Part shown: one piece after another, positions 11,142-20,558 of the stretch
Layout of the letters: every line of letters starts with the position of its first letter
Position numbering within the stretch: position 1 is the stretch's first letter
NCBI GenBank assembly: GCA_963702895.1
Contig: OY969767.1
Location: 1,376,001 to 1,440,000 of the forward strand
Direction: 5' to 3'
Length of the DNA: 64,000 nucleotides
Origin: an uncultured Elusimicrobia bacterium
GTDB taxonomy: Bacteria > Elusimicrobiota > Elusimicrobia > 2-01-FULL-59-12
The notes under the pieces: generated by a model
Told to the model about the DNA's origin: nothing
Database searches by the model: none
Seen by the model: only the letters and a program-made list of their open reading frames with translations
Position numbers and translations under genes: made by a program

Positions 11142-12613
11142 GCGAGGGTCTCCAGGAGTTGGCGCACCACGAGCCGATCATCGAAAGGGACCGTTCGATC
11201 CGACAGAATCTGATAATTCTCGTGGCCTTTGCCGGCCACCAGCACCAGGTCCCCTTCGGTGGCAAGCGCAATGGCTTTCTGGAGGGCCTGTTCTCGGTCC
11301 AAAATGATTTCGTAGTGGTTCGACCGCACGCGGCGCACACCGACCTCCACGTCCAGAGCAATCCGACCAGGATCTTCACTGCGGGGATTGTCGGAGGTGA
11401 CGATGACTTCGTCACTCATCTGGGCAGCCGCCTCGCCCATCAACGGACGTTTCGCCCGATCTCGGTCCCCCCCACAGCCAAAGACGGTGATCAAACGCCG
11501 GGGATTGAGCTTGCGCAGGGCGGCCATCGCTTTCCGCAAGGCGTCTTCGGTATGAGCATAATCCACCACGACCGTAAATCCCCGCCGGGAGGGGATGCGC
11601 TCCATGCGCCCTGGAACCATCGACACCGTTTCAAGCCCTTCGACAATATCGGGGACGGCAAGGCCCTGAGACAAGGCCACCCCGGCGGCGGCGAGCGCGT
11701 TCATCACGTTATAGTCGCCCACCAGCGGCAGTCGCACAGGATGGTTGCCGCTCGGGGTGCAAAGGAGGAACCGGCTGCCCGTCGCCTCACAGACCAGGTC
11801 TTTCGTCGAGAGATCAGCGGGGCCGGTCAATCGGTAGAGAAGCTTGGGGACCCGGGCTGATCCGAACCCTTTCTGGACCCAAGGATCGTCGGCATTGAGG
11901 ACCGTGCACCGCGGAAAGGCCTTGGAGGATCGAGGTCCAATCGACGTAAAGAGCTTGGACTTTGCCGCGGCATAGGCCTCCATGGTCTTGTGGAAGTCCA
12001 GATGATCCTGGGTGAGATTGGTCAAGACCGCGACATCGAAATCGACGCCTTCCACGCGCGAGAGCTCCAATGCATGGGAGGAGACCTCCATGATACAGGC
12101 TTGGGCGCCCCGTTGGAGGATGTCGGACAAGAAACGCTGGACATCGCTCGCAAAAGGTGTGGTGTTCGGAGCCGGCATACTTTCATTTCCAAAACGGTAA
12201 TTGATGGTCCCGAGCACGCCTGTCGGCCACCCGACATGACGGAAGATGGATTCCACAAGATAGGACGTTGTCGTCTTCCCATTGGTTCCGGTAATGCCGA
12301 CCAGGCGAAGCTTGGACGAGGGGTTGTCCCAGAACCGGACGGAGACGTGCGCCAGGGCCTTGAGGGCGTTGGAAACCTGGACCCGCGTGACAGAACCCGG
12401 GACCACCTCTCCCTCCGCCAGAACAGCAGAAGCTCCCGCTTTCACCGCTCGATCGATGAAGGCCCGTCCATCCTGATGGACTCCCTGAAGGGCGACAAAG
12501 AGCGAGCCTTTCTTGATTTTCCTGGAGTCAAAAGCGATGTCCTCCACGCCAACCTGGGAGGACCCCCGCACATCACAGGGCAGGCCCTGAAGGAGAAATT
12601 CGAGGGTTTTCAT
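11138..12613 (-). CDS. murE: UDP-MurNAc-dipeptide--meso-DAP ligase
   Basis: GTNGKTT, MEVSSH, DYAHT, GCGGDRD, DNPR. Start MKTLEF is coupled to the ftsI stop. Confidence 0.95.
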   Translation of the reverse strand: MKTLEFLLQGLPCDVRGSSQVGVEDIAFDSRKIKKGSLFVALQGVHQDGRAFIDRAVKAGASAVLAEGEVVPGSVTRVQVSNALKALAHVSVRFWDNPSSKLRLVGITGTNGKTTTSYLVESIFRHVGWPTGVLGTINYRFGNESMPAPNTTPFASDVQRFLSDILQRGAQACIMEVSSHALELSRVEGVDFDVAVLTNLTQDHLDFHKTMEAYAAAKSKLFTSIGPRSSKAFPRCTVLNADDPWVQKGFGSARVPKLLYRLTGPADLSTKDLVCEATGSRFLLCTPSGNHPVRLPLVGDYNVMNALAAAGVALSQGLAVPDIVEGLETVSMVPGRMERIPSRRGFTVVVDYAHTEDALRKAMAALRKLNPRRLITVFGCGGDRDRAKRPLMGEAAAQMSDEVIVTSDNPRSEDPGRIALDVEVGVRRVRSNHYEIILDREQALQKAIALATEGDLVLVAGKGHENYQILSDRTVPFDDRLVVRQLLETLA

Positions 12614-14349
12614 CAGCGACGGCCTATGATCCGGGCGGTGGCGACGGGGGCCAGCGATTCGGAGGGGATCTTGAGGTAAGGCGCCGCATGTTTCAGGATC
12701 CGCGAAAACAGTGGCGCGGCTTCGGAGCTGCCCCAATAGTTGACACGAGGCTCATCGAGGAAAACGCCGATCACCAGGCGCGGCCGATCGAGTGGAGCAA
12801 AACCGCAAAAGGAGGCGATATAGAGAGAGTCCGAATATTCGCGTGTGCGTGGGTCGATCTTTTGGGCCGTGCCTGTTTTTCCCGCCACGCGGAGCCCCTC
12901 GACATGGGCGGCCTTGCCGGTACCCTCTTCGACGACCGCTCTAAGGATCGAGCGCATGATGGCGGCTGTTTGTTGGGAAACGACCCGTCGAATGGGAGGG
13001 GCGGCCGTCCATTCCTGGTACTGGCCATGTTCATCGATGACGCCCTTGTAGAGACGCGGCTCGTAGAGCAGTCCGCCATTGGCAAGGGCACTGAAGGCAT
13101 TGACGATCTGAAGAGGGGTGGCACCGACTTCTTGGCCGAAAGCGATCGTCTCAAGACTGGAGAGGTGCCACTGCTGCGTGGGCCGAAGAATGCCAGCGCC
13201 ATCGCCCGGGAGACCGCATCCCGAAGGCATGCCGAAACCAAAAGCTCTTGAATAGCGATAGAGGGGGTGTTTCCCCAGCTTGCGGGCGATCTTGGCGGTA
13301 CCGATATTGGACGAGTGGCTGATCACTTCAGAAAACGTCAACCATCCATCCTTTTCATGGTCATGAATGGTTCGTCCGGGAATATCCCATTCGCCGTTTT
13401 CGCAGAAGAAATTGTCTTTGAGCGAAGCGGCACCTTCTTCCAGGGCGGCCGCCGCGGTGACAATTTTGAAGGTGGAGCCGGGCTCAAAGACATGCTCCAC
13501 CGCTGGGTTTTTCAGGTGCTCCGGACCATAATCGGAGGGCTGCAGGGGACTGCCCCAGACGTTGGGGTCAAAAGAAGGCGCCGTGGCCATCGCGAGGATT
13601 TCGCCGGTCTGCGGGTCCTGCACAATCACAGTCCCGCTTTTCGGGCGTGAGAGTTTCATTTGGTCGGCCAGTTCCTGCTCCACAATGGTTTGCAGGGTCC
13701 GGTCCAGCGTCAACACCACCGATTGGGGCGGCAGGTCCGGTTTCGTCGCCACCGGAGACTGGCGCTTCTTCGCGAAGGTCCATGACTTGAAGATCGTGGG
13801 TGTCCCTTGACGGCTGAGCCACCGCTCCGTCATGAGCTCGACACCGGAGAGCCCTTTTTGGTTGTCGCCCACAATACCCAGGACATGCGCGGCCAGCGAC
13901 TCCTCGGGATAGAAACGTTTCGTGTCCGAAGCGACGCTGATGCCGGGGCGTTTGAGGGATTTTATTTTGATGGCCGTGTCCGGATCGAGTCGCCGGGCGA
14001 GCCACACAAAGCGCTTGCGCTGGGTGAGCTTCTGATAAAGGACCTCGAACTTCTCCTGGAGGAGCGGCGCCAAGATTTTCGCGGTCTCCAGGGGGTCCGT
14101 CACCCGGGCAGGGTCGGCATAGCAGGCCCCGCCGTGCAGGCTCATGGCCAGCGTCGCTCCGTTCCTGTCGAGGATCGCGCCTCGTGGGATGATTTCTTGC
14201 AGACGCTGGGCGCGCGTATTTTCACGATCGACGCGCTTCTGGAGCGACGCGTGGCAATAGATCTGAAGATAACCCAGGCGCAGCGCGACAAAGGCGAAGA
14301 ACGCGAGGGACGCGACGCGCGTCATCCAGAGCCTGGTATTTCGGATCAT
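12613..14349 (-). CDS. ftsI: Class B penicillin-binding protein
   Basis: RGAILDRNG, EPGSTFK (SxxK), SSN, KTGTAQ. Confidence 0.93.
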   Translation of the reverse strand: MIRNTRLWMTRVASLAFFAFVALRLGYLQIYCHASLQKRVDRENTRAQRLQEIIPRGAILDRNGATLAMSLHGGACYADPARVTDPLETAKILAPLLQEKFEVLYQKLTQRKRFVWLARRLDPDTAIKIKSLKRPGISVASDTKRFYPEESLAAHVLGIVGDNQKGLSGVELMTERWLSRQGTPTIFKSWTFAKKRQSPVATKPDLPPQSVVLTLDRTLQTIVEQELADQMKLSRPKSGTVIVQDPQTGEILAMATAPSFDPNVWGSPLQPSDYGPEHLKNPAVEHVFEPGSTFKIVTAAAALEEGAASLKDNFFCENGEWDIPGRTIHDHEKDGWLTFSEVISHSSNIGTAKIARKLGKHPLYRYSRAFGFGMPSGCGLPGDGAGILRPTQQWHLSSLETIAFGQEVGATPLQIVNAFSALANGGLLYEPRLYKGVIDEHGQYQEWTAAPPIRRVVSQQTAAIMRSILRAVVEEGTGKAAHVEGLRVAGKTGTAQKIDPRTREYSDSLYIASFCGFAPLDRPRLVIGVFLDEPRVNYWGSSEAAPLFSRILKHAAPYLKIPSESLAPVATARIIGRR

Positions 14350-14627
14350 AGCTGTATGCCGATGCGCCGCGTCGCGGGCAAGGGGCCCATGGACCGTTCC
14401 TTCGCGACCGCGTCTAAGCGGCTGGGTGAGACGGCCTGATGGATTTGTGTTTGCCGAAGGCCGTTTTGATAAGTCAACCGGTCCACTTCAGCGCGCATGC
14501 TGGACAGATGTCTTCCCAGACGCTGCGCCTGGACATGTTCCCACACCCTCAGCATGAGCACGGCCAGGACGAGGACGCAGAGTTGGACCCACTTCTTCAT
14601 GTTCTCCCTGTCTCGCGCGTTCTTCAT
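14346..14627 (-). CDS. ftsL: Cell division protein FtsL-like
   Basis: Short TM plus coiled-coil protein between rsmH and ftsI; ATGA overlap with rsmH. Confidence 0.7.
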   Translation of the reverse strand: MKNARDRENMKKWVQLCVLVLAVLMLRVWEHVQAQRLGRHLSSMRAEVDRLTYQNGLRQTQIHQAVSPSRLDAVAKERSMGPLPATRRIGIQL

Positions 14628-15559
14628 AAGTGTTCCAACGCCCTGAGCTTCGCGCTGCGGGACCGGGGGTTCGTCTGGACCTCCGTCTCGCTGGGGCGCA
14701 CGGGCTTTCTTTGCAAAAGTCTGCCCCAAGGCTTCCGGTGACACACACATTGAGGAAACCTCGGCGGGCATACACAGCCCTTGACCGCGGCTTGAAAGGC
14801 GGTCTTGACGCGACGGTCCTCCAAAGAGTGGAACGAGATCACCGCCGCTCGCCCCCCGGGAGCCAAATGCTGTTCAAGGCCGTCCAGAGCGGATTGCAGA
14901 TTGGCGAGTTCGCCGTTCACCGCGATACGCAGGGCCTGGAAGCACCGGGTGGCAGGATCCATTCGTTGCAGCGGCGTTGACGTGGTCTTGCGGATGAGCT
15001 CCGCCACCTTCCAAGCGTCATTGCTCAGCGTATGATTTCGGATCGCCTGCGTCAGCGCACGCGCGATCTTTCGCGCCTGGGGTTCTTCCCCATACTCGCG
15101 GAACAACCGCGCGAGCTCCTCTTCGGAGGAATGCGTCAAGACTTGCCAGGCGGTCTGTGTCAAAGACTGGCTCATCCGCATGTCCAGCGGCCCCGGACGC
15201 AGGAAACTAAAGCCCCGGTCCGAGTCCTGGAGCTGCATGGAGGAGAGCCCCAAGTCCAGAAGGATCCCGTCGGCTGTCTCACGACCCCTCTGAGACAGAA
15301 CAGACGGGAACTGGGCATAACTGGCCGCGACCCCTTCGAAGCGTTCGCCAAAACGGGCAAGACGCGTGGTGGCATGGTCCAGGGCCTCGGTGTCCCATTC
15401 AAGGCCCAAGACCTTCATACCCGGGTAGCGCTCCAAGAGCCTTTCGGAATGCCCCCCCAGACCCAACGTCCCATCGATCACCAACGCGGGACCCGGAAAC
15501 GAAAAAAGCTCAACGACCTCCTCCGCCAGGACGGGGACGTGCTCGTGGACCACGCTCAC
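14624..15559 (-). CDS. rsmH: 16S rRNA m4C1402 methyltransferase
   Basis: HVPVL, DGTLGLGGHS, DLGLSSMQL, ISFHSLEDR, NPRSRSAKLR. Confidence 0.96.
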   Translation of the reverse strand: MSVVHEHVPVLAEEVVELFSFPGPALVIDGTLGLGGHSERLLERYPGMKVLGLEWDTEALDHATTRLARFGERFEGVAASYAQFPSVLSQRGRETADGILLDLGLSSMQLQDSDRGFSFLRPGPLDMRMSQSLTQTAWQVLTHSSEEELARLFREYGEEPQARKIARALTQAIRNHTLSNDAWKVAELIRKTTSTPLQRMDPATRCFQALRIAVNGELANLQSALDGLEQHLAPGGRAAVISFHSLEDRRVKTAFQAAVKGCVCPPRFPQCVCHRKPWGRLLQRKPVRPSETEVQTNPRSRSAKLRALEHL

Positions 15560-16005
15560 AGCGCCAGTTGCGGTGCGACTTTTTCGAAACTGACTCGCGC
15601 CACTTTGCTGTAACGGCTCCAGTGTTCCCGGGACCACAATTCGACGTGTCGTAAAACCCCCAAAATGACCACCTGGCGCTTCAGGCCGGCATAGTCCTTT
15701 AAATGCTGAGGGATCAGAATCCGGCCTTGCGCATCGATCTCGGCTTCACAGGCCGCGGAAAGCAGCACCCGCTTAAACGCGCGCTCCTGCGCTTTGTCCT
15801 TCAAGGCAAGCGCGTCCAGTTTCGCGGCCAGGTGGTCCCAATATTTTATCGGAAAAAGAAACAAACACCGCTCCAGGCCCTGGGTCAGCACGTAATCGGC
15901 GCCATGGGATTTTTCGCGGAAATGCGACGGAAGAAAAAGCCTGTTTTTGCCGTCCAGGCCGTGCTCGTACTGCCCGAGGTAACGATAGACTCTACTTTCC
16001 ACCAC
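15556..16005 (-). CDS. mraZ: Transcriptional regulator MraZ
   Basis: GQYEHGLDGKNRL and DAQGRILIP repeats; first gene of dcw; start codon uncertain. Confidence 0.93.
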   Translation of the reverse strand: MVESRVYRYLGQYEHGLDGKNRLFLPSHFREKSHGADYVLTQGLERCLFLFPIKYWDHLAAKLDALALKDKAQERAFKRVLLSAACEAEIDAQGRILIPQHLKDYAGLKRQVVILGVLRHVELWSREHWSRYSKVARVSFEKVAPQLAL

Positions 16006-16016
16006 TTTTCCCCACT
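15991..16016 (-). promoter_or_regulatory. Probable MraZ-binding direct repeats
   Basis: Minus strand AGTGGGGAAA-AGTGGTGGAA-AGTAGA: GTGG-type boxes with a 10-bp period just downstream of the promoter. Confidence 0.65.
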
Positions 16017-16023
16017 GGGCTCT

Positions 16024-16052
16024 AGTATACCCCCCGAGGGAGTTTCTGTCAA
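16024..16052 (-). promoter_or_regulatory. Sigma70-type promoter of the dcw operon
   Basis: TTGACA (16052-16047), 17-bp spacer, TATACT (16029-16024) on the minus strand. Confidence 0.8.
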
Positions 16053-16093
16053 CGGCCCCGGCGCGTGCCAGAGGTGATCACGCGCCACACGGC

Positions 16094-16128
16094 AGAAAGG
16101 CCTCCCACCGTGGAGGGTGGAAGGCCTT
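16094..16128 (-). terminator. Probable terminator hairpin downstream of rnpB
   Basis: AAGGCCTTCCACC...GGTGGGAGGCCTT stem with a short T run. Confidence 0.5.
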
Positions 16129-16137
16129 AAGGAAAGT

Positions 16138-16970
16138 GAAAGCTGCATTCTATACACCGAATTCTGTACGGCAACGGCAAACGTCGTAAATGGTAAATGG
16201 TGAAGGAGGAATGGTGAAGAGTTCGATAGAACATAACGATTCACCATTTTCTATTTACTATTTACGCCGTCTGCCGTCACCGTCGAGCGCCATTCTTCTG
16301 GGCGACGACCTCGAGTGCGGACGAGCCGGGACCAGCTCTCCTCGAACCCCGGGAACGGCAAACGTCGAAAATAGAAAATGGAAAATAGCACTTTCTCATC
16401 TCTCTATTTTCGATTCTCTATTTTCGCCGTATGCCGTTCCCGGCATCTTGCTCCGGATGGGGTTTGCCTTGCTCCCTTCGTTACCTCAGGGACGGTGAGC
16501 TCTTACCTCGCCATTTCACCCTTACCCGTCACGACCAACTCAGGGTTCAGAGCTCAGAACTCAGAGAGGGCGATGGTTTTATAAGAATCATCCTTATCTC
16601 TGAGCTCTGAGTCCTGAATTCTGAGCTGGCCGTTCCAGGCGGTGTATTTTCTGTGGCACTTTCCGTTGAGAACGGCAAACGTCGTAAATAGTAAATGGTG
16701 AATCGTGAACAGTATTTGCGCATGCTCCTACTCACTATTTTCTATTTACTATTTACGCCGTCTGCCGTTCCCCCCCTGGCTTGCGCCAGGCATCCTGCCC
16801 ATGGAGTTCGGACTTTCCTCCCACCTCCGCTCATTCTTGCGCTTCGCGCGGCGATGAGCTACGGTGGGCAAGCCCCCCCTATAAAAAAGGGGCCTGCCCG
16901 CCATAGCTCTGCCGCAGCGCGTTAGCGCTAAGAGCGGGCGGAGGCGGGCGGCGCTCCGAATGCAGCTTTC
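16138..16970 (-). ncRNA. rnpB: RNase P RNA (type A-like) with five large hairpin insertions
   Basis: P1 from GAAAGCTGCATTC/GAATGCAGCTTTC. Conserved blocks in order: GAGGAAAGTCCGAACTC, GAAAGTGCCACAGAAA, AGGGTGAAA...GGTAAGAGC, GGCAAACCCCATCCGGAGCAAG, AGAAGAATG, ACAGAATTCGGTGTAT. Follows the zinc-ribbon gene. Confidence 0.93.
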
Positions 16971-16990
16971 AAAGAGCGAACAACAAAAGC

Positions 16991-17707
16991 TTAAGCAGCC
17001 GGGACTTCTTCGAGATAAACGATGCGCGAGCAGGACTCGCAGCTGACGATCTTATGGCCGCGGCGCAATTCAACGATCAGGTTTTGTGAGACCTTCATGT
17101 GGCAGCCGGAACATTGCCCTTTGAGAATCGGGACCACCGTGGCCCCGCGCTTGCCGTTGCGCAGCGTGGAATACTGGTGGGCCAGGGGCTTCGCGAGGGA
17201 GGCCAGCGCCTGCGCGCGCTCGGCTTGCTTGGCCGCGATGGTTTTTTCGAGCTCTTTGCCCCTGGCTTCCCATTCCAAAATCTGTTGCTGGAGCGTTGTT
17301 TCGTGACCTTGGGAGTCCGCCTCTTTTTGCTTCCAGACTTTGGTCGCCTGGTCGATCTGCTCCATCAGCTGCAAAATTTGGTCTTCGAGCGACGATTTGA
17401 CCTGCTTGGCTTTATCAATCTCGCCAAGCAAGGCTTTATAGGCTTCGTTGGTTTTGATGGCATTCAGGTCCGTCGAATGCTTACGAATGGCCGTTTCCTG
17501 GACGTCCAGGTCCAGCTCCTTCTGCTTCTTCGTGAGCTGAAACTGGTTCAGCTCTTTCTTCGCAGACTCCAGCGCCGTTTTCTCTGCCTGGATCTCCCCC
17601 TTTAAGCCGGCGACCCTGCCAGGGACTGACGCCAGTTCATTTTGAAGCCGGTCCAACTCGAGATCCCTTTCCTGTAGGGACAAGAGCAACTTGATGTCGT
17701 CTTTCAT
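16991..17707 (-). CDS. Coiled-coil protein with C4 zinc ribbon (DUF164-like)
   Basis: Long coiled coil, then CSGCHM...CESCSRI. Confidence 0.88.
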   Translation of the reverse strand: MKDDIKLLLSLQERDLELDRLQNELASVPGRVAGLKGEIQAEKTALESAKKELNQFQLTKKQKELDLDVQETAIRKHSTDLNAIKTNEAYKALLGEIDKAKQVKSSLEDQILQLMEQIDQATKVWKQKEADSQGHETTLQQQILEWEARGKELEKTIAAKQAERAQALASLAKPLAHQYSTLRNGKRGATVVPILKGQCSGCHMKVSQNLIVELRRGHKIVSCESCSRIVYLEEVPAA

Positions 17708-17804
17708 TGAGGGATGTCATTTTATCTTATCACCCGCGCCATCACCAGCCCCGGAAGCGGGGTGGGGAGTTGGAGACATTCCCCAAGTTATGCATAATTC
17801 GCCC

Positions 17805-18551
17805 ATGAGCATGGTCTTTCTGTTCTGGCTGAGCGCCCTTTATACCCTGGCTCTCTTTAGCGCACAGTTCGCCGAATTTCTTACCGCGGGTCGACTTCAC
17901 GTTCAGCTTGCCACAGCCAATGCTCTGTATCTTGCTCTTCTATCAACCTATGTCGGAGGAAAAGAGATCAAACGCTGGACGGTCGGCTTCAAACCCAATG
18001 AACAAGGCGTGTCCACAGAGCAGGGTCAGCGTGCTCCCTTTCGGCTTAAAGGCGAATGGTTTGTGGGGCTTTGGGTTCTTTTTCTGCTCGCCGCCAATCT
18101 GGGGTCGGAGATCTGGCCCGCACGATTTGCCTACCCCAAAGGATTGACCCTCATTGCGTTTGAAGTCCTGGGGTTTTATATCGGCTCCAGCGCCTCCCGC
18201 TGGCTGAACGACCGGATCGAGGAAAGGGCGCATGTGGAGCTTGAGCAACAGCTCGAGGCCGAAAGCGGGAAGGGAAATGCGCGATCCGCATCTTCCGTAT
18301 CTCCCGTCACAAGCCCACGCCTCAACCGTAAGCGTCTACGCTACGAGAAAGCGATCCTTGAAGCGGTACACCGCAAAGGAGGCCTGCGGCGCCAAGAGAT
18401 CGAAGCGCTTCTTGGACTTTCGCGGGCGGCTTCCTTGCGCATTATCGGCCATCTCATGGAGAAAGGTTTGCTCAAGCGTACCGGCGAGCCGGGCGACCCC
18501 GACACGTTGTATCAAGCTGATTCAGATCTCCATCCAGCTGCTCGTTTTTAG
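17805..18551 (+). CDS. Hypothetical membrane protein with C-terminal winged HTH
   Basis: Four hydrophobic segments (two repeats of a YxG motif), then LRRQEIEALLGLSRAASLRIIGHLMEKGLL; start uncertain. Confidence 0.65.
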   Translation: MSMVFLFWLSALYTLALFSAQFAEFLTAGRLHVQLATANALYLALLSTYVGGKEIKRWTVGFKPNEQGVSTEQGQRAPFRLKGEWFVGLWVLFLLAANLGSEIWPARFAYPKGLTLIAFEVLGFYIGSSASRWLNDRIEERAHVELEQQLEAESGKGNARSASSVSPVTSPRLNRKRLRYEKAILEAVHRKGGLRRQEIEALLGLSRAASLRIIGHLMEKGLLKRTGEPGDPDTLYQADSDLHPAARF

Positions 18552-18742
18552 CCCAACCTGCTCACTTTTTCAGTTGAAGCTGCTCGTTTTGGAAGGCCAA
18601 CCTGCTCACTTTTCGAGGAAGCTGCTCACTTTTTTGAGCTGAAGCTGCTCGTTTTAGAAGTCCAAGCTGCTCGTTTTTCGAGGAAGCTGCTCACTTTTTT
18701 GAGCTGAAGCTGCTCGTTTTCAGAGGGGACCTGCTCACTTCT
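18536..18742. repeat. Array of ten CTGCTC(GT/AC)TT motifs, 20-23 bp spacing
   Basis: CTGCTC at 18538, 18558, 18580, 18602, 18622, 18645, 18667, 18687, 18710 and 18731. Confidence 0.9.
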
Positions 18743-18894
18743 CGCGGAGGGCGTCGTGGGGACGGCGCATCGTGGGGCGTAGAGGATTCGAGCGCCACAC
18801 AACAGGCGCTCGCCCGCCGGTCCTGTGGCGGGCGAACCTCTGGCTTCCATCGTGTGAGGACGTTCGCCCTGAACGATTGAGAACCATGCCAAAG

Positions 18895-18969
18895 TGGTGG
18901 GCGCTACAGGATTCGAACCTGTGACCCCTGTCGTGTGAGGACAGTGCTCTACCGCTGAGCTAAGCACCC
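18895..18969 (-). tRNA. tRNA-Val(CAC)
   Basis: GGGTGCTTAGCTCAGCGGTAGAGCACTGTCCT-CAC-ACGACAGGGGTCACAGGTTCGAATCCTGTAGCGCCCACCA cloverleaf with CCA encoded. Confidence 0.95.
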
Positions 18970-19484
18970 AAATTGATTCTCAATCACCGTTTGATGACAA
19001 TGAGCATTCAGGGCGAACGCTCCCGCCTACGACTTGCGGGACCAACACGCTATAAGGAATTATGGAAGCACACGTCTACCGCTGTCCCGTCCAATATTTG
19101 AGACCGCCTCTGGCGGGCAGGATCGTCGGGGCAATCCCAACTCGATCGCTCGACGAGGCGATCTCAAACAATAGTAGTGTTGTTGCTTTCAACTCCAATG
19201 CTTGTGAAGGCGTATTTTACTTAATAAAGAGAAATGTAAATGGATAACGTGACCAGAGCGGCCAATGTTTCAACGAGTTGCATACGAAGGAATTATCATT
19301 TTCGTCGGGAGGAAAGACCCTCCCGGAGTATGGAAATAAGTGTATTTGATACGTGTTACAGGGAGACTTCTTCATTGAAACAAGAACGTAAATTATAGTC
19401 CCAGCCCTAACGCCGACAGACTTCTATTTTTCGTGGGTATTATGCTCAAACTAAATAGTACCGTCGAAGTCCCTTTGAGCAGGG

Positions 19485-19823
19485 CTAGTTGGGCCAGCGA
19501 ATCAGCTTACCCGGTAATGGGAAGACTGGCTTTTTCGACCACGCTTCTTGGAAGGCACGGGCATAGGCTGAGCCGCGCTGCTGAGGGAGGGTGATCAGAA
19601 TAACGCTGATATTCGGAAATTTCTTAAGTGCCTTCGCAGCGGATTCGCTGAAATCTTGATCTTTTGTGAGAATGCAAATAACCCCGGCAACGGCAGCCAT
19701 CTTTACCAACTCGCCGTTGCTCAATCTTTGCCAGCCACGTTCTGCGGTGGTTTCAGCAGGAATTCCTAGCGATTGAAAGATCGGCGCTAGTTGGCGAGGT
19801 AGATTGTGATCAAGCAGCCACAC
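19485..19823 (-). CDS. DUF5615 PIN-like putative toxin
   Basis: LLDHNLP...LSNGEL...ILTKDQDF. Confidence 0.82.
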   Translation of the reverse strand: MWLLDHNLPRQLAPIFQSLGIPAETTAERGWQRLSNGELVKMAAVAGVICILTKDQDFSESAAKALKKFPNISVILITLPQQRGSAYARAFQEAWSKKPVFPLPGKLIRWPN

Positions 19824-20040
19824 GATGCATCTGCTGGGCGGCGAATTTGAGGATTTCAGGAACGGATTCTGGGGGAAATCCCGGATAATCGTCGGCGATT
19901 TCCTGTGCCAACATGCCGATAGAGAGACATTCCAAGACCTGGGCTACGGAGATACGCGTGCCTTTAATAACAGGCTTTCCTCCAAGCAGGTCCGGGTGAT
20001 GGACGATCCATTGAAACCCTTTATAGGGTCGAGTTTGCAT
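19810..20040 (-). CDS. DUF433 putative antitoxin
   Basis: GGKPVIKGTRISV...EIADDYP. Confidence 0.88.
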   Translation of the reverse strand: MQTRPYKGFQWIVHHPDLLGGKPVIKGTRISVAQVLECLSIGMLAQEIADDYPGFPPESVPEILKFAAQQMHRVAA

Positions 20041-20484
20041 AGCTATATTCTACCTTTTCAAGGAAGCACTCTAGCCAACCGCTGTTTCCGAATCTCAATT
20101 ACTTACGTCACCAAGTTGCGTCACTAGGAAAGAGACTTGGGGATACGGCAGGATACCAAGATTTCTTACTCCTCAATGATGGTCTACCTAAAGATACCTC
20201 AGAAATAATTTAAATAAATGCCTGAGGATGGCACTCTACCGCTGTCCCGTCCCCCATACCCGCACCCCGAAGGGGAGCTGAAAGAGCCGGGACAATCCCA
20301 ACTCTATGGCTCGCGAAAGCGAGCTTCAACAGTGGATGGGATGAGTGAACGCCCCGCGCTGCGCCCAATTTCTGCTTTCTGCTCTCTGCTTTCTGCCCTG
20401 AATTTATTGGGCCCGCCAGGACTCCCCGCCACTACGTCATGGCGGGCCCGCCAACGTCTTAGTGGCGGGGAACCTGGGAAAGAT

Positions 20485-20558
20485 TGGGCCCGGAAGGACT
20501 TGAACCTTCAACCCTCCAGTTATGAGCCGGACGCTCTAACCGATTGAGCTACGGGCCC
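20485..20558 (-). tRNA. tRNA with CAT anticodon, probably Ile2 (lysidine)
   Basis: GGGCCCGTAGCTCAATCGGTTAGAGCGTCCGGCT-CAT-AACTGGAGGGTTGAAGGTTCAAGTCCTTCCGGGCCCA; no CCA encoded. Ile2 versus Met is inferred from the acceptor stem. Confidence 0.9.

Noticed and set aside
15885..16925. Short ORFs between mraZ and the zinc-ribbon gene
   Set aside because: They overlap the RNase P RNA gene and its repeat inserts.
18536..18742. 21-bp-period array as a CRISPR array
   Set aside because: The cores are about 12 bp with 8-11 bp partly repeated spacers, far too short for CRISPR.
19075..19095. TCTACCGCTG as an additional tRNA
   Set aside because: It matches a D-arm fragment only; no T-loop or acceptor stem follows.
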